Assembly (NCBI GenBank): GCA_038279365.1 | Contig: JAYODI010000046.1 | Location: forward strand, 2,652 to 28,260 | Length of the DNA stretch: 25,609 bases | DNA from: Candidatus Latescibacterota bacterium | Lineage (GTDB): Bacteria > Latescibacterota > UBA2968 | Direction of reading: 5' to 3' | Part shown: piece by piece, positions 17,260-25,561 of the stretch | How the letters are laid out: every line of letters begins with the position of its first letter | Position numbering within the stretch: the stretch's first letter is position 1 | Notes under the pieces: model-generated | The model's database searches: none | What the model saw: only the letters and a program-made list of their open reading frames with translations | What the model was told of the DNA's origin: nothing | Translations under genes and position numbers: made by a program

Positions 17260-17510
17260 GGTTGTATCCCCAATTTGACTAAAAATTCACGAGCGGCGCG
17301 TATTTGATAGGATTTGGCTTCTTTGGCAGGGTGTGGACGATGAAAGTCGGCTCGCAGTGTGCCGTGTTTAAATGCTACCCGAGATCCATGGCCTTCAATG
17401 ATGTCACAACCCAACGCGATGAACAACCTTTCAATGTGCCTCCACTCAATATTTCGAGAAATTGGATTTGCAAAGATAGCTTGAAGTGTTCTTTGGTGGC
17501 GACTGTTCAT
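17256..17510 (-). CDS. hicA: Type II TA toxin HicA (dsRBD-fold mRNA interferase)
   Basis: 'HQRTLQAIF..NIEWRHIERLFIALG..EGHGSRV..FHRPHP.KEAKSYQI'. Confidence 0.93.
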   Translation of the reverse strand: MNSRHQRTLQAIFANPISRNIEWRHIERLFIALGCDIIEGHGSRVAFKHGTLRADFHRPHPAKEAKSYQIRAAREFLVKLGIQP

Positions 17511-17517
17511 GATTTAA

Positions 17518-17546
17518 ATGATATCAAAAAATGATGTCAGATGCAA
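17518..17546 (-). promoter_or_regulatory. hicAB sigma70 promoter with overlapping palindromic operator boxes
   Basis: Minus strand TTGCAT-N17-TATCAT ending 7 nt before the hicA ATG. TGACATCA (17532-17539) and TGATATCA (17519-17526) lie within it. Confidence 0.75.
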
Positions 17547-17602
17547 GTGCTTAGAATGAGTAAATTGTTGTTTTTGATAAGTCATACTGTACTTTACGAA
17601 GC

Positions 17603-18073
17603 TTATTTTTCAGGTGCTGGATGAATGTTGTCAACCCAGTGGACTTCTTCTGGTTTTTCCACAGCGGGAATGTCGAGGTTGACGACCACGGGGTCTTGCC
17701 CACTGCGCACCAACACGCAGGAAAGAGGTTCGTTGCTGTTGGCATTAATTTCTTGATGGGGCACATAGGGTGGAACATAGATGAAGTCGCCTGGGCCTGC
17801 TTCGGCAACAAATTCGAGTTGATCACCCCAGCGCATGCGGGCTTTGCCACTGACGATGTAGATGACACTTTCAACGGGACCATGATGGTGGGCGCCGGTT
17901 TTGGCATTGGGATGAATGACCACGGTGCCTGCCCAAAGTTTTTCGGCTCCGGTGCGTGCATGGGTAATGGCTGCGGCTCGGTTCATACCGGGTGTTTGGG
18001 CGGTGTTGGTGTCGAGTTCGTTGTTGTGTACGACACGCACGCCACCTTCTCGCCATTTGGAAGGTATGTCCAT
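17603..18073 (-). CDS. Cupin domain protein (RmlC-like)
   Basis: Cupin motif 1 'TGAHHHGPVESVIYIVSG' and motif 2 'GPGDFIYVPPYVPHQEIN'. Confidence 0.9.
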   Translation of the reverse strand: MDIPSKWREGGVRVVHNNELDTNTAQTPGMNRAAAITHARTGAEKLWAGTVVIHPNAKTGAHHHGPVESVIYIVSGKARMRWGDQLEFVAEAGPGDFIYVPPYVPHQEINANSNEPLSCVLVRSGQDPVVVNLDIPAVEKPEEVHWVDNIHPAPEK

Positions 18074-18085
18074 GAAATGAATCCC

Positions 18086-19111
18086 CTATGGTGTTCTGGG
18101 TAAACGATTTTCTACGGATGGCAGTTCAATAACACGTGATGGTCCTTTTTGATACCAGTAAGCGGTGGAGCTAAAATCATCTGATCGATGGTTGTTGTGG
18201 CCGTGTTCGATGGTGACTTTGATGGATTTTGTAAACGGAATGGGATCAAGCACATGGAGGCGATACATGGTCCATTGGCCATTCCATTTTTCGTGGTTAT
18301 GGTTGTAGAGGGAGGTGCCTGCATAGGGGAAACAATTGGGTTGCATACACCACGCGTGACAGAAATAGTCTTCACTACCCGTACCGTGTAATGACCCAGG
18401 GAAGGTTTCGCCATCGATGAAAATGATGTCATCCCCTTCGCCCCACCAACCACCAGCATGGTTATCGATGCTTAAATTACAGCCAATGTAGGTGCCTTCG
18501 CCTTGCGTGTCGAGAATGATGTAATTTTCATCTCCTGTGAGATTGGGGCCTTCTTTGCCGTTGGCCATGAGTGGCACGGGCGTGCAGGGCATTTCTGATC
18601 GCCAACAGGCATGAAAGTGATAAGTGTTTTCAGGGAGTGCATCCCATTGTTGGTAATCGACGTAGTAGAAAATGCGGATTTCGGTATCGCTTTCGTTGAC
18701 CAATTGGAGGCGCGCATTTTGGAAAAAGGGCATTTGCACCCAAGAATTGAATGCACCACGTTGTTGACCATCGTTGATAGACATATCGAAAAGCGCCGAT
18801 GAATAACTGGCAACACGCCCGTGACCGATGCCAAAAAAGTCGCCAACAGGTACGTTGACACTGGGGTATTCGGCATGGTCCCAAAACATTTGCAAGACGG
18901 CTTTGCGCGGAAAGAGAGGGTCGGATACTTTGAAGTTGTTGTCTATGGCAAACCAAAGATGGGTGATGATGCCAGCACCGTGAATGTTTGCGAGGGTTCC
19001 CGTTTCACCGGGGGGAATGATGAGCCAGTCGCGGTTATAACCATCGCGTGACCAACTTGCTTCGCGTTTGGCACGAAAGGGAAGGGGTTGCCATGGGGTA
19101 TAAGATTGCAT
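18086..19111 (-). CDS. Second DUF2961 / GH172 protein
   Basis: 'SSWSRDGYNRD'-like start (EASWSRDGYNRD), 'GAGIITHLWF', 'PSVNVPVGDFFG', 'QMPF', 'WWGEGDDIIFIDG', 'HGTGSEDYF', 'TIEHGH..DDFSSTAYWYQ'. AGGAG RBS. Confidence 0.9.
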   Translation of the reverse strand: MQSYTPWQPLPFRAKREASWSRDGYNRDWLIIPPGETGTLANIHGAGIITHLWFAIDNNFKVSDPLFPRKAVLQMFWDHAEYPSVNVPVGDFFGIGHGRVASYSSALFDMSINDGQQRGAFNSWVQMPFFQNARLQLVNESDTEIRIFYYVDYQQWDALPENTYHFHACWRSEMPCTPVPLMANGKEGPNLTGDENYIILDTQGEGTYIGCNLSIDNHAGGWWGEGDDIIFIDGETFPGSLHGTGSEDYFCHAWCMQPNCFPYAGTSLYNHNHEKWNGQWTMYRLHVLDPIPFTKSIKVTIEHGHNNHRSDDFSSTAYWYQKGPSRVIELPSVENRLPRTP

Positions 19112-19335
19112 CGGTTGCTCCTGTGAAGTGTGGGTGTATAAATGGATTTGGTGTTAAGTTATTTATTTTTCAATGGTTGTATTTGATTCTTTGATTTTTC
19201 TGGCAACGTGTTAAATGTCTGTTGCATTGTTTGGATTATTTAATAATATGGGAATGATTAAGACTTGATCTTTCGGATATTCTCCTGTAATATCATGCTC
19301 TCTGCGTATTTCACCTCATAGAAAGAAGATGTTTT

Positions 19336-20376
19336 ATGCCACTGGTTGCTCATACATCTTTGCCGTCTTTTGAAGATTTGCGCGCAAGCGGAGAGGATGT
19401 TCTGACGTTGGAAAATGCACTCCATCAGGACATTCGAGAGTTGCACATTGGTTTTCTGAATATGATGCCAGATGCGGCGCTGCGTGCTACCGAACGGCAA
19501 TTTTTTCGTTTGATAGGCAGTTGCAATCAGATTGCCCAATTTTTCGTATATCCATTTACGGTTCCTGGGTTGCCTCGTGATGGTGATACTCAGGCGTATA
19601 TTGATCGTTATTATTATACATTTGAACATTTACAGAAAATGGGTCTTGACGCGTTAATCATTACTGGCGCCAATGTGGCAAATCCAACATTGGAACAGGA
19701 GCCTTTTTGGGAACCACTTAAAAATGTGGTGGCCTGGGCCAGAGGAAATGTTGTTTCTATTCTTTGTTCGTGTCTTTCTACCCACGCATTGGTTAAACAA
19801 TTGTATCAGATTGACCGTCGGTTAATGCCTCAAAAACTATGGGGTGTTTATCCGCATCGTATTTTGCAACCAAAACACCCCTTGTTGCGAGGGATTAACA
19901 CGCGCTTTGATGTGCCTCATTCTCGGTATAATACGATTCCGGCGGCGGCCTTGGAAGCGGCTGGGTTAACGGTTTTGATTGAGAGTGACAGTGGTGAGAT
20001 GCATATGGCTGTGAGTTCTGATCAATTTAGTATCGTGTATTTTCAAGGGCACCCTGAATATGATTGGAACAGTTTGCTCAAGGAATACAAACGCGAGGTT
20101 AACCGATATATTGCTGGTGATCGTCACGATTATCCTCCTCATCCTGAACATTATTTTTCAGATGAGGTGGGTGCTCTTGTTGATGAATATGAACAGGCTG
20201 TTCGTAAGGCAAAACAACAAGCTACGTCAGTGCCGCCTTTTCCTGAAGAAAAGATTGAACCTCATCTGGACAATACGTGGGGAGATACAGGTAAGGCTAT
20301 TTTTAATAATTGGTTGGGATTGGTTTATCAGAAAGCCGATTACAATCGCCCCAGTCTTTTTGATATACCCAAATGA
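19336..20376 (+). CDS. metA: Homoserine O-acyltransferase, MetA family (probably succinyl-specific)
   Basis: 'HQDIRELHIGFLNMMPDAALRATERQF', 'LDALIITGANV', catalytic Cys in 'SCLSTHA', 'PHSRYN' and 'FQGHPEYD'. Confidence 0.92.
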   Translation: MPLVAHTSLPSFEDLRASGEDVLTLENALHQDIRELHIGFLNMMPDAALRATERQFFRLIGSCNQIAQFFVYPFTVPGLPRDGDTQAYIDRYYYTFEHLQKMGLDALIITGANVANPTLEQEPFWEPLKNVVAWARGNVVSILCSCLSTHALVKQLYQIDRRLMPQKLWGVYPHRILQPKHPLLRGINTRFDVPHSRYNTIPAAALEAAGLTVLIESDSGEMHMAVSSDQFSIVYFQGHPEYDWNSLLKEYKREVNRYIAGDRHDYPPHPEHYFSDEVGALVDEYEQAVRKAKQQATSVPPFPEEKIEPHLDNTWGDTGKAIFNNWLGLVYQKADYNRPSLFDIPK

Positions 20377-20436
20377 TTTTCTCGAAATAAGAATCCATTC
20401 AAAATTGTTCACTTGTTATGAGGAGGCTCAATACGT

Positions 20437-21711
20437 ATGAAACCCGAAACAATTGCTATTCACGCAGGTTATGAAACAGACCCAACAACACATGCGGTTG
20501 CTGTGCCAATTTATCAAACGGTTGCTTATGAATTTGACAATGCACAACATGGCGCTGATTTGTTTAATTTGGCTGTGCCCGGGAACATTTATACCCGCAT
20601 TATGAATCCTACTTCTGATGTTTTAGAAAAACGTGTGGCCGAGTTAGAAGGTGGCATTGCTGGGTTGGCCGTGAGTTCGGGCAGTGCAGCCATTAATTAT
20701 GCTATTTTAACGATTGCTGAAATGGGAAATAATATTGTTTCTGTACCGATGTTATATGGTGGTACGTATACCTTATTTGCGCATATGTTGCCCAAGCAAG
20801 GGATTGATGTTCGGTTTGCAGAAGACGACAGTGCTGAAAGCTTAGAAGCACTGATTGATGATAAAACGGCTGCGATCTATTGCGAATCGATTGGTAATCC
20901 TGCTGGTAATATTGTTGATTTAGAAGCCATTTGCAAAATGGCAGACAAACATGGTATTCCTGTGATTGTCGACAATACGGTGGCGCCGCTTTTGATTCGC
21001 CCGATTGACTATGGTGCTTCAATTGTTGTGCATTCGCTTACCAAATATATGGGTGGACATGGGAATTCATTGGGCGGTATTATTGTTGATTCTGGAAAAT
21101 TTCCTTGGGCCGAGCATGCAGATCGCTTTCCAATGTTGAATACGCCAGAGCCTTCTTATCATGGTGTGGTTTATACCGAAGCGTTGGGGCCTGCGGCCTT
21201 TATTGGTCGGGCACGTACGGTGCCTTTGCGCAATACGGGTTCGGCAATGAGTCCATTTAATGCGTTTTTAATTTTGCAGGGTATTGAAACACTTGCACTC
21301 AGAATGGAACGCCACTGTGATAATGCCATTGCGGTTGCAAACTATCTCAAAGATCACGACAGTGTTTCGTGGGTGAAGTTTGCAGGGTTGCCCGATTCGC
21401 CTTATTATGAATTGGCCCAAAAATATACCAAGGGCAAACCATCAGCTCTTTTGACATTTGGTATTAAAGGTGGGTTTGATGCGGCTGTGAAATTTTATGA
21501 TGCTTTGCAGTTATTCAAACGTCTTGTAAATATTGGCGATGCCAAATCATTGGCTGCACACCCCGCATCGACAACGCACCGTCAATTAACCGATGATGAA
21601 CTGGTGAAGGCTGGTGTGAGCAAAGATATGATTCGATTGTGTGTGGGTATTGAACACATTGATGATATCGTTGCTGATCTTGAGCAAGCCCTACAGGTGG
21701 CCTCACGTTAA
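20437..21711 (+). CDS. metY: O-acylhomoserine sulfhydrylase, MetY-type (PLP)
   Basis: 'AVAVPIYQT', 'GNIYTRIMNPT', 'LYGGTY', 'VDNT', PLP-lysine motif 'HSLTKYMGGHG', 'NIGDAKSL..HPASTTHRQL'. GAGGAGG RBS. Confidence 0.93.
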   Translation: MKPETIAIHAGYETDPTTHAVAVPIYQTVAYEFDNAQHGADLFNLAVPGNIYTRIMNPTSDVLEKRVAELEGGIAGLAVSSGSAAINYAILTIAEMGNNIVSVPMLYGGTYTLFAHMLPKQGIDVRFAEDDSAESLEALIDDKTAAIYCESIGNPAGNIVDLEAICKMADKHGIPVIVDNTVAPLLIRPIDYGASIVVHSLTKYMGGHGNSLGGIIVDSGKFPWAEHADRFPMLNTPEPSYHGVVYTEALGPAAFIGRARTVPLRNTGSAMSPFNAFLILQGIETLALRMERHCDNAIAVANYLKDHDSVSWVKFAGLPDSPYYELAQKYTKGKPSALLTFGIKGGFDAAVKFYDALQLFKRLVNIGDAKSLAAHPASTTHRQLTDDELVKAGVSKDMIRLCVGIEHIDDIVADLEQALQVASR

Positions 21712-21733
21712 TCGTTTTAGGTCTTGGATGATG

Positions 21734-21772
21734 AAAGTCTCTCCTATCTATTGGGAGAGACTTTTTTGTTTT
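21734..21772. terminator. Rho-independent terminator between convergent metY and ligC-like genes
   Basis: AAAGTCTCTCC-N9-GGAGAGACTTT followed by TTTGTTTT. Confidence 0.85.
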
Positions 21773-22713
21773 TATAAGGCTTTTTCATCCATCGATTTTT
21801 GTAGTTGGTCCAAAATGGCCATGGTGGGTAAGCAGGTTGCACAACTGGTAAAGGGTTTTCGCCCTTCTTTTATGGCGTTGATAAATTCGCGGTCTTGTAC
21901 TTCGATGCCCGATGGCCCTTCAAGTGGTACTTCGTTGCCTTCGGTGTCGGTGAGTTTGCCTTTTTCGAGGAGATAGGTGGCTTCTTCACCGATGAAACGA
22001 TAGGTGGCCGTAATGGGGCCGTGGTTGTTGAAGGAGTTGGCCGAGGTGACAAGGGTGCCTTGGCTGGATCGCAAGCCAATGGTGATGTCCATGGGGATAT
22101 TGAGTGTGGAATGATTGGGGCCTGCTTGTGCCCATGCACTGAGGTCGGGTTCGTCAAAGAGCCAATACATAAAGTCGACCATGTGACACGCTTGGTGCCA
22201 GAGCAATTCGTCTGTCCAAGAGCGCGGTTTGCCATACATGTTGGTGTTGGTGCGGCGCATAAAATAGGTTTGTTGGACGACATGGTGAAGGTGGAATTCT
22301 CCTGCGTGAACGCGGCGCACGATTTCGCGTTGGGCGGTGCCATAGCGGTTGGTGTGACAGACCATAGAAACGAGGCCCGTTTTTTCTTCGACTGCTACAA
22401 GGCGTTGAGATTCTTCGAGTGACAGCCCCATGGGAATTTCAACCAGTACGTGTTTGCCCATTTCGAGAGCGGTGATGGCTTGTGCGGCATGGACTTGGTT
22501 GGGTGTGGTGAGCACAACTGCTTCGACACCGTCTTGTGAGAGGCATTCTTCAAGGTTTGTTGAATGGTGTGGAATATCCCATTCTTTGGCAAATGCTGCG
22601 CCGTCGGCTTCGACACCACAGGCGAGGCTCACAATTTCTACGTCGTTAAATTGTTTGATGGTTTTGGTGTGGTTGAGGCCCATTGCGCCTTCACCAGCGA
22701 TACAGATTTTCAT
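21772..22713 (-). CDS. Gfo/Idh/MocA oxidoreductase, LigC/PmdC (CHMS dehydrogenase)-like
   Basis: 'GKHVLVEIP' (EIP instead of the usual EKP) and 'QTYFMRRTNTN..GKPRSWTDELLWHQACHMVD' resemble the LigC signature. AGGAG RBS. Confidence 0.8.
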   Translation of the reverse strand: MKICIAGEGAMGLNHTKTIKQFNDVEIVSLACGVEADGAAFAKEWDIPHHSTNLEECLSQDGVEAVVLTTPNQVHAAQAITALEMGKHVLVEIPMGLSLEESQRLVAVEEKTGLVSMVCHTNRYGTAQREIVRRVHAGEFHLHHVVQQTYFMRRTNTNMYGKPRSWTDELLWHQACHMVDFMYWLFDEPDLSAWAQAGPNHSTLNIPMDITIGLRSSQGTLVTSANSFNNHGPITATYRFIGEEATYLLEKGKLTDTEGNEVPLEGPSGIEVQDREFINAIKEGRKPFTSCATCLPTMAILDQLQKSMDEKAL

Positions 22714-22728
22714 GAATAGCTCCTAAAA

Positions 22729-22785
22729 TAAGGTCGCAGGTCTGCAGGTCACAGGTCAAGATCTTAAGACTTATGACTTGCGACT
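22729..22785. repeat. Heptamer array arranged as an inverted repeat
   Basis: TAAGGTC GCAGGTC t GCAGGTC ACAGGTC | AAGATCT | TAAGACT TATGACT TGCGACT. Confidence 0.85.
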
Positions 22786-22794
22786 GATTGTGTC

Positions 22795-23790
22795 TTATGC
22801 CATTGTGTCTATGATATCGAGCGTGACTTCATGGTGGAGGGGTTCGTCTTTTTCGTAGCGTTGAAATTCCTCGATCATGTAATCGGCCATACGTACGACC
22901 TCGTCGTTGAGTGAGCCTGCGATGTGTGAGGTGAGATAGACATTGGGTAATGTATAAAAGGGTGAATCTTGTTCGGGAGGTTCGGGTAGCGTGACGTCTA
23001 AGAGTGCGGTGAGCGTGGGACGTTTTTGCAGTTCGTTTATGAGATCTGCTTCGACAACGGTGGCACCGCGTCCGGTGTTGATGAAGGTGGTGTGGTCTTG
23101 CATTTTGGAGAAGTGGGCACCGTGTAACATGCCTTTGGTTTGTGCGTTGTTGGCCAAGTGATTGGACACGACATCGCCTTGGCTAAAGGCTTCTTCGAGG
23201 GATACTTTTTTAACGCCCAATGCTTGGGCGCGGTCATCGGGTAAAAAGGGATCGAAGACAATGATGTTGAGGTGAAAGGGTTTGAGCAGGTTGATAAGAA
23301 TAGAACCAATGGCTCCGGCACCTAAAAGGGCCACTGTGGCGCCAAAGTTGCCACGGCCTTTAAATGGGTTGCTGGTGCGCCCATCGCGTGTTTGACAGTC
23401 GCGGATGTTTCGATAATATCCTTTGTTGGCGAGTAAAATTTGTGCAAGGGTATATTCGGCAACGGGCACGGCATTGGCACGCCAAGCACTGCATACTTTG
23501 ATGTTGCGATTGAGAAGCGGTCGTGCAAAACTTTGGACGGAGCCTGCACCATAGAAGACAATTTTGAGATTGGGCAATTGGTCGAGGTGTTCGTTTTGGA
23601 GTTGTGACATGCCCCAAGTGGTAAAGATGACTTCGAGGTCTTGTAGGTTTTTGACGTGTTCGTCAAATGTGCTGAGGTCGACGCGGTGGGGATAGAGGTC
23701 AACGAGATTGGATACTTGATCGCGACGGCCTTGGGCATAAACATAATCGAGGCGTTCTTGGCGTTCTCCGAAGAAGGCGGCTTTTTTCAT
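22795..23790 (-). CDS. Hydroxyacid dehydrogenase (D-2-hydroxyacid dehydrogenase family)
   Basis: 'FTTWGM', 'FYGAGSV', 'ANAVPVAEYT', 'LLGAGAIG', 'INTGRG', 'ALLDVTLPEP' and 'TSHIAGS'. Start moved to ATG 23790, which has an AAAGGA RBS. Confidence 0.9.
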   Translation of the reverse strand: MKKAAFFGERQERLDYVYAQGRRDQVSNLVDLYPHRVDLSTFDEHVKNLQDLEVIFTTWGMSQLQNEHLDQLPNLKIVFYGAGSVQSFARPLLNRNIKVCSAWRANAVPVAEYTLAQILLANKGYYRNIRDCQTRDGRTSNPFKGRGNFGATVALLGAGAIGSILINLLKPFHLNIIVFDPFLPDDRAQALGVKKVSLEEAFSQGDVVSNHLANNAQTKGMLHGAHFSKMQDHTTFINTGRGATVVEADLINELQKRPTLTALLDVTLPEPPEQDSPFYTLPNVYLTSHIAGSLNDEVVRMADYMIEEFQRYEKDEPLHHEVTLDIIDTMA

Positions 23791-23907
23791 GGTGGATGTT
23801 CCTTTGTTTGGGTGGCGATAGAAAATGTGATTGTGTTCGCTAAGATTATCCCTTAGCATATGGATCAGATAAAAAATAGGTTTTTGCCTGATCTCAAAGG
23901 AGATGTG

Positions 23908-25146
23908 ATGGATAAATTAAAATTGGCATTGATTGGTTGTGGCGGTATGGGCACACGGCATTTGTATGGTTTGGGTGAGTTGGCCAAAACGCCTTTTAAC
24001 AATGTTGAATTGGTGGCTGTGTGTGATCTGAGCCGTGACAATGCCGAGTTGGCTGCTTCTGAGGCTGAGAAGTTGTTGGGCACTCGCCCCCCTATATTTA
24101 CGGATATGGAAAAGATGGTGCAAGAGATTCCTGATTTGATGGCTGTGGATGTGGTGACCGATCCGTCGGTGCATCATACGGTGGTGTGTCAGGCATTGGA
24201 TTTGGGGCTTCATGTGTTGGTGGAAAAGCCAATGGCGATTTCGGTAAAGGCCTGCCAGATGATGATGGACGCGGCGGCTCGAAATGGGTGTAAGCTGTCG
24301 GTAGCCGAAAATTATCGGCGCGATCCATCGGCGCGGTTAACACGCCATTTGTTGGATACGGGGCGCATTGGTAAACCGTATATGGCCACGTTGCATGCGA
24401 TGCGTGGGGGAAATGAAATTTTTATTACACCTTGGCGACATCTCAAAGATCGCGGTGGGCCCTTAATTGATATGGGGGTGCATTATACCGATTTGATTCG
24501 GTATCAGTTGGGCGATGTGGAGGAGGTGTATGGCGATGCACGTTTGGTGGAACCTGTGCGTAAAAAGCAGAAGTCGATTCGTGATCCTTATGAATTTTAT
24601 CAACAGCGGTTTAAAACGATGCCCGATGAGGTGCCCGCAACAGCAGAAGATACGTCGATGGCGATGTTGCGCATGAAAAATGGGATGATGGTGAGCTTTA
24701 TTATGGGTGTGGGCGGGCATGGTGCATGTCGTAGCCAGTTGATTTTGGGCGACAAGGGCAGTTTGCAAAGTTTTGGCAACCGAGGCGGGCAGGCTATTTG
24801 GCAGCCTGAAGACGGTGAGGTATTGGATCAGACGGCTATTTTGGATGCCATTTCAGATTTTGCACTGGATCCGCTTACAGAACACTTTTTCCCAGATATG
24901 TCGAGTATGGGTGATCAGGCCGTCGATTGGAAACTCATTGCTTATGAACAACATGAACTTGCCCGTGCGGTGTTGCACGGTGATCCGATTGAAGTGGATG
25001 GTTTGGAAGGCTTGAAAGATGTGGCGGCTGTTTATGCAATTTGTGAATCTGCACGTGCTGGACGAACGGTGACGATGGCAGAGGTAGAAAGTGGTGCGGT
25101 GTATGCGTATCAGGCGGAGATTGATGCGGCGTTGGGGATTGCGTAG
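23908..25146 (+). CDS. Gfo/Idh/MocA family oxidoreductase
   Basis: 'LIGCGGMG', 'HVLVEKPMA', 'VAENYRRDP' and 'GGPLIDMGVHYTD'. Start moved to ATG 23908, which has an AAGGAG RBS. Confidence 0.92.
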   Translation: MDKLKLALIGCGGMGTRHLYGLGELAKTPFNNVELVAVCDLSRDNAELAASEAEKLLGTRPPIFTDMEKMVQEIPDLMAVDVVTDPSVHHTVVCQALDLGLHVLVEKPMAISVKACQMMMDAAARNGCKLSVAENYRRDPSARLTRHLLDTGRIGKPYMATLHAMRGGNEIFITPWRHLKDRGGPLIDMGVHYTDLIRYQLGDVEEVYGDARLVEPVRKKQKSIRDPYEFYQQRFKTMPDEVPATAEDTSMAMLRMKNGMMVSFIMGVGGHGACRSQLILGDKGSLQSFGNRGGQAIWQPEDGEVLDQTAILDAISDFALDPLTEHFFPDMSSMGDQAVDWKLIAYEQHELARAVLHGDPIEVDGLEGLKDVAAVYAICESARAGRTVTMAEVESGAVYAYQAEIDAALGIA

Positions 25147-25195
25147 TGGCAAGCGTGTTGGCACAAATAGAAATCTTTTGAATGGGAGATGTGAT

Positions 25196-25561
25196 ATGGT
25201 GATTCGAAATTGGAAAGATGCGATGCCGTATGTGGGGCATGAGACGGCGTTGATTTGGCCTATTTTTAGACAGAAGGGCAGTGAGGGGTTAAGCGAAGAA
25301 GAAGCCCCCATGTTGAGCGCATCGGGTTTTACGTTGCATATGATGCAAGGCGGTAAGTCGGGCGACTATCATATGCACAAAGACAAAGAGCAGATTTATT
25401 ATTTTATACGGGGCGAGGGCAAGATGAAGATTGATGATGAAATCTATCCTGTCAAACCCGGTGACACGGTATACTTGCCTCCGAAGGCGTATCATCAATT
25501 GATTAATGACAGTGACGATTGGATTGAACATATTTTGGTGACGGTGCCGGTGAGTGAGTGA
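25196..25561 (+). CDS. Cupin domain protein
   Basis: 'GDYHMHKDKEQIYYFIRGEG' and 'PGDTVYLPPKAYHQLIN'. Start moved to ATG 25196, which has a GGGAG RBS. Confidence 0.9.
   Translation: MVIRNWKDAMPYVGHETALIWPIFRQKGSEGLSEEEAPMLSASGFTLHMMQGGKSGDYHMHKDKEQIYYFIRGEGKMKIDDEIYPVKPGDTVYLPPKAYHQLINDSDDWIEHILVTVPVSE

Noticed and set aside
16876..17602. IS element or prophage carrying hicAB
   Set aside because: No transposase, integrase, terminal inverted repeats or target-site duplication is visible.
19112..19335. SAM riboswitch, T-box or MetJ boxes upstream of metA
   Set aside because: I could not find the SAM-I core, a terminator/antiterminator pair or tandem AGACGTCT boxes. A cmscan is needed to exclude rarer classes.
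8038..25195. Longer N-termini given by the ORF track (starts at 8085, 13220, 14222, 23859, 23860 and 25091)
   Set aside because: Downstream ATGs at 8037, 13169, 14180, 23790, 23908 and 25196 have Shine-Dalgarno motifs and match the expected domain or signal-peptide starts; the extensions cover RBS or promoter DNA.
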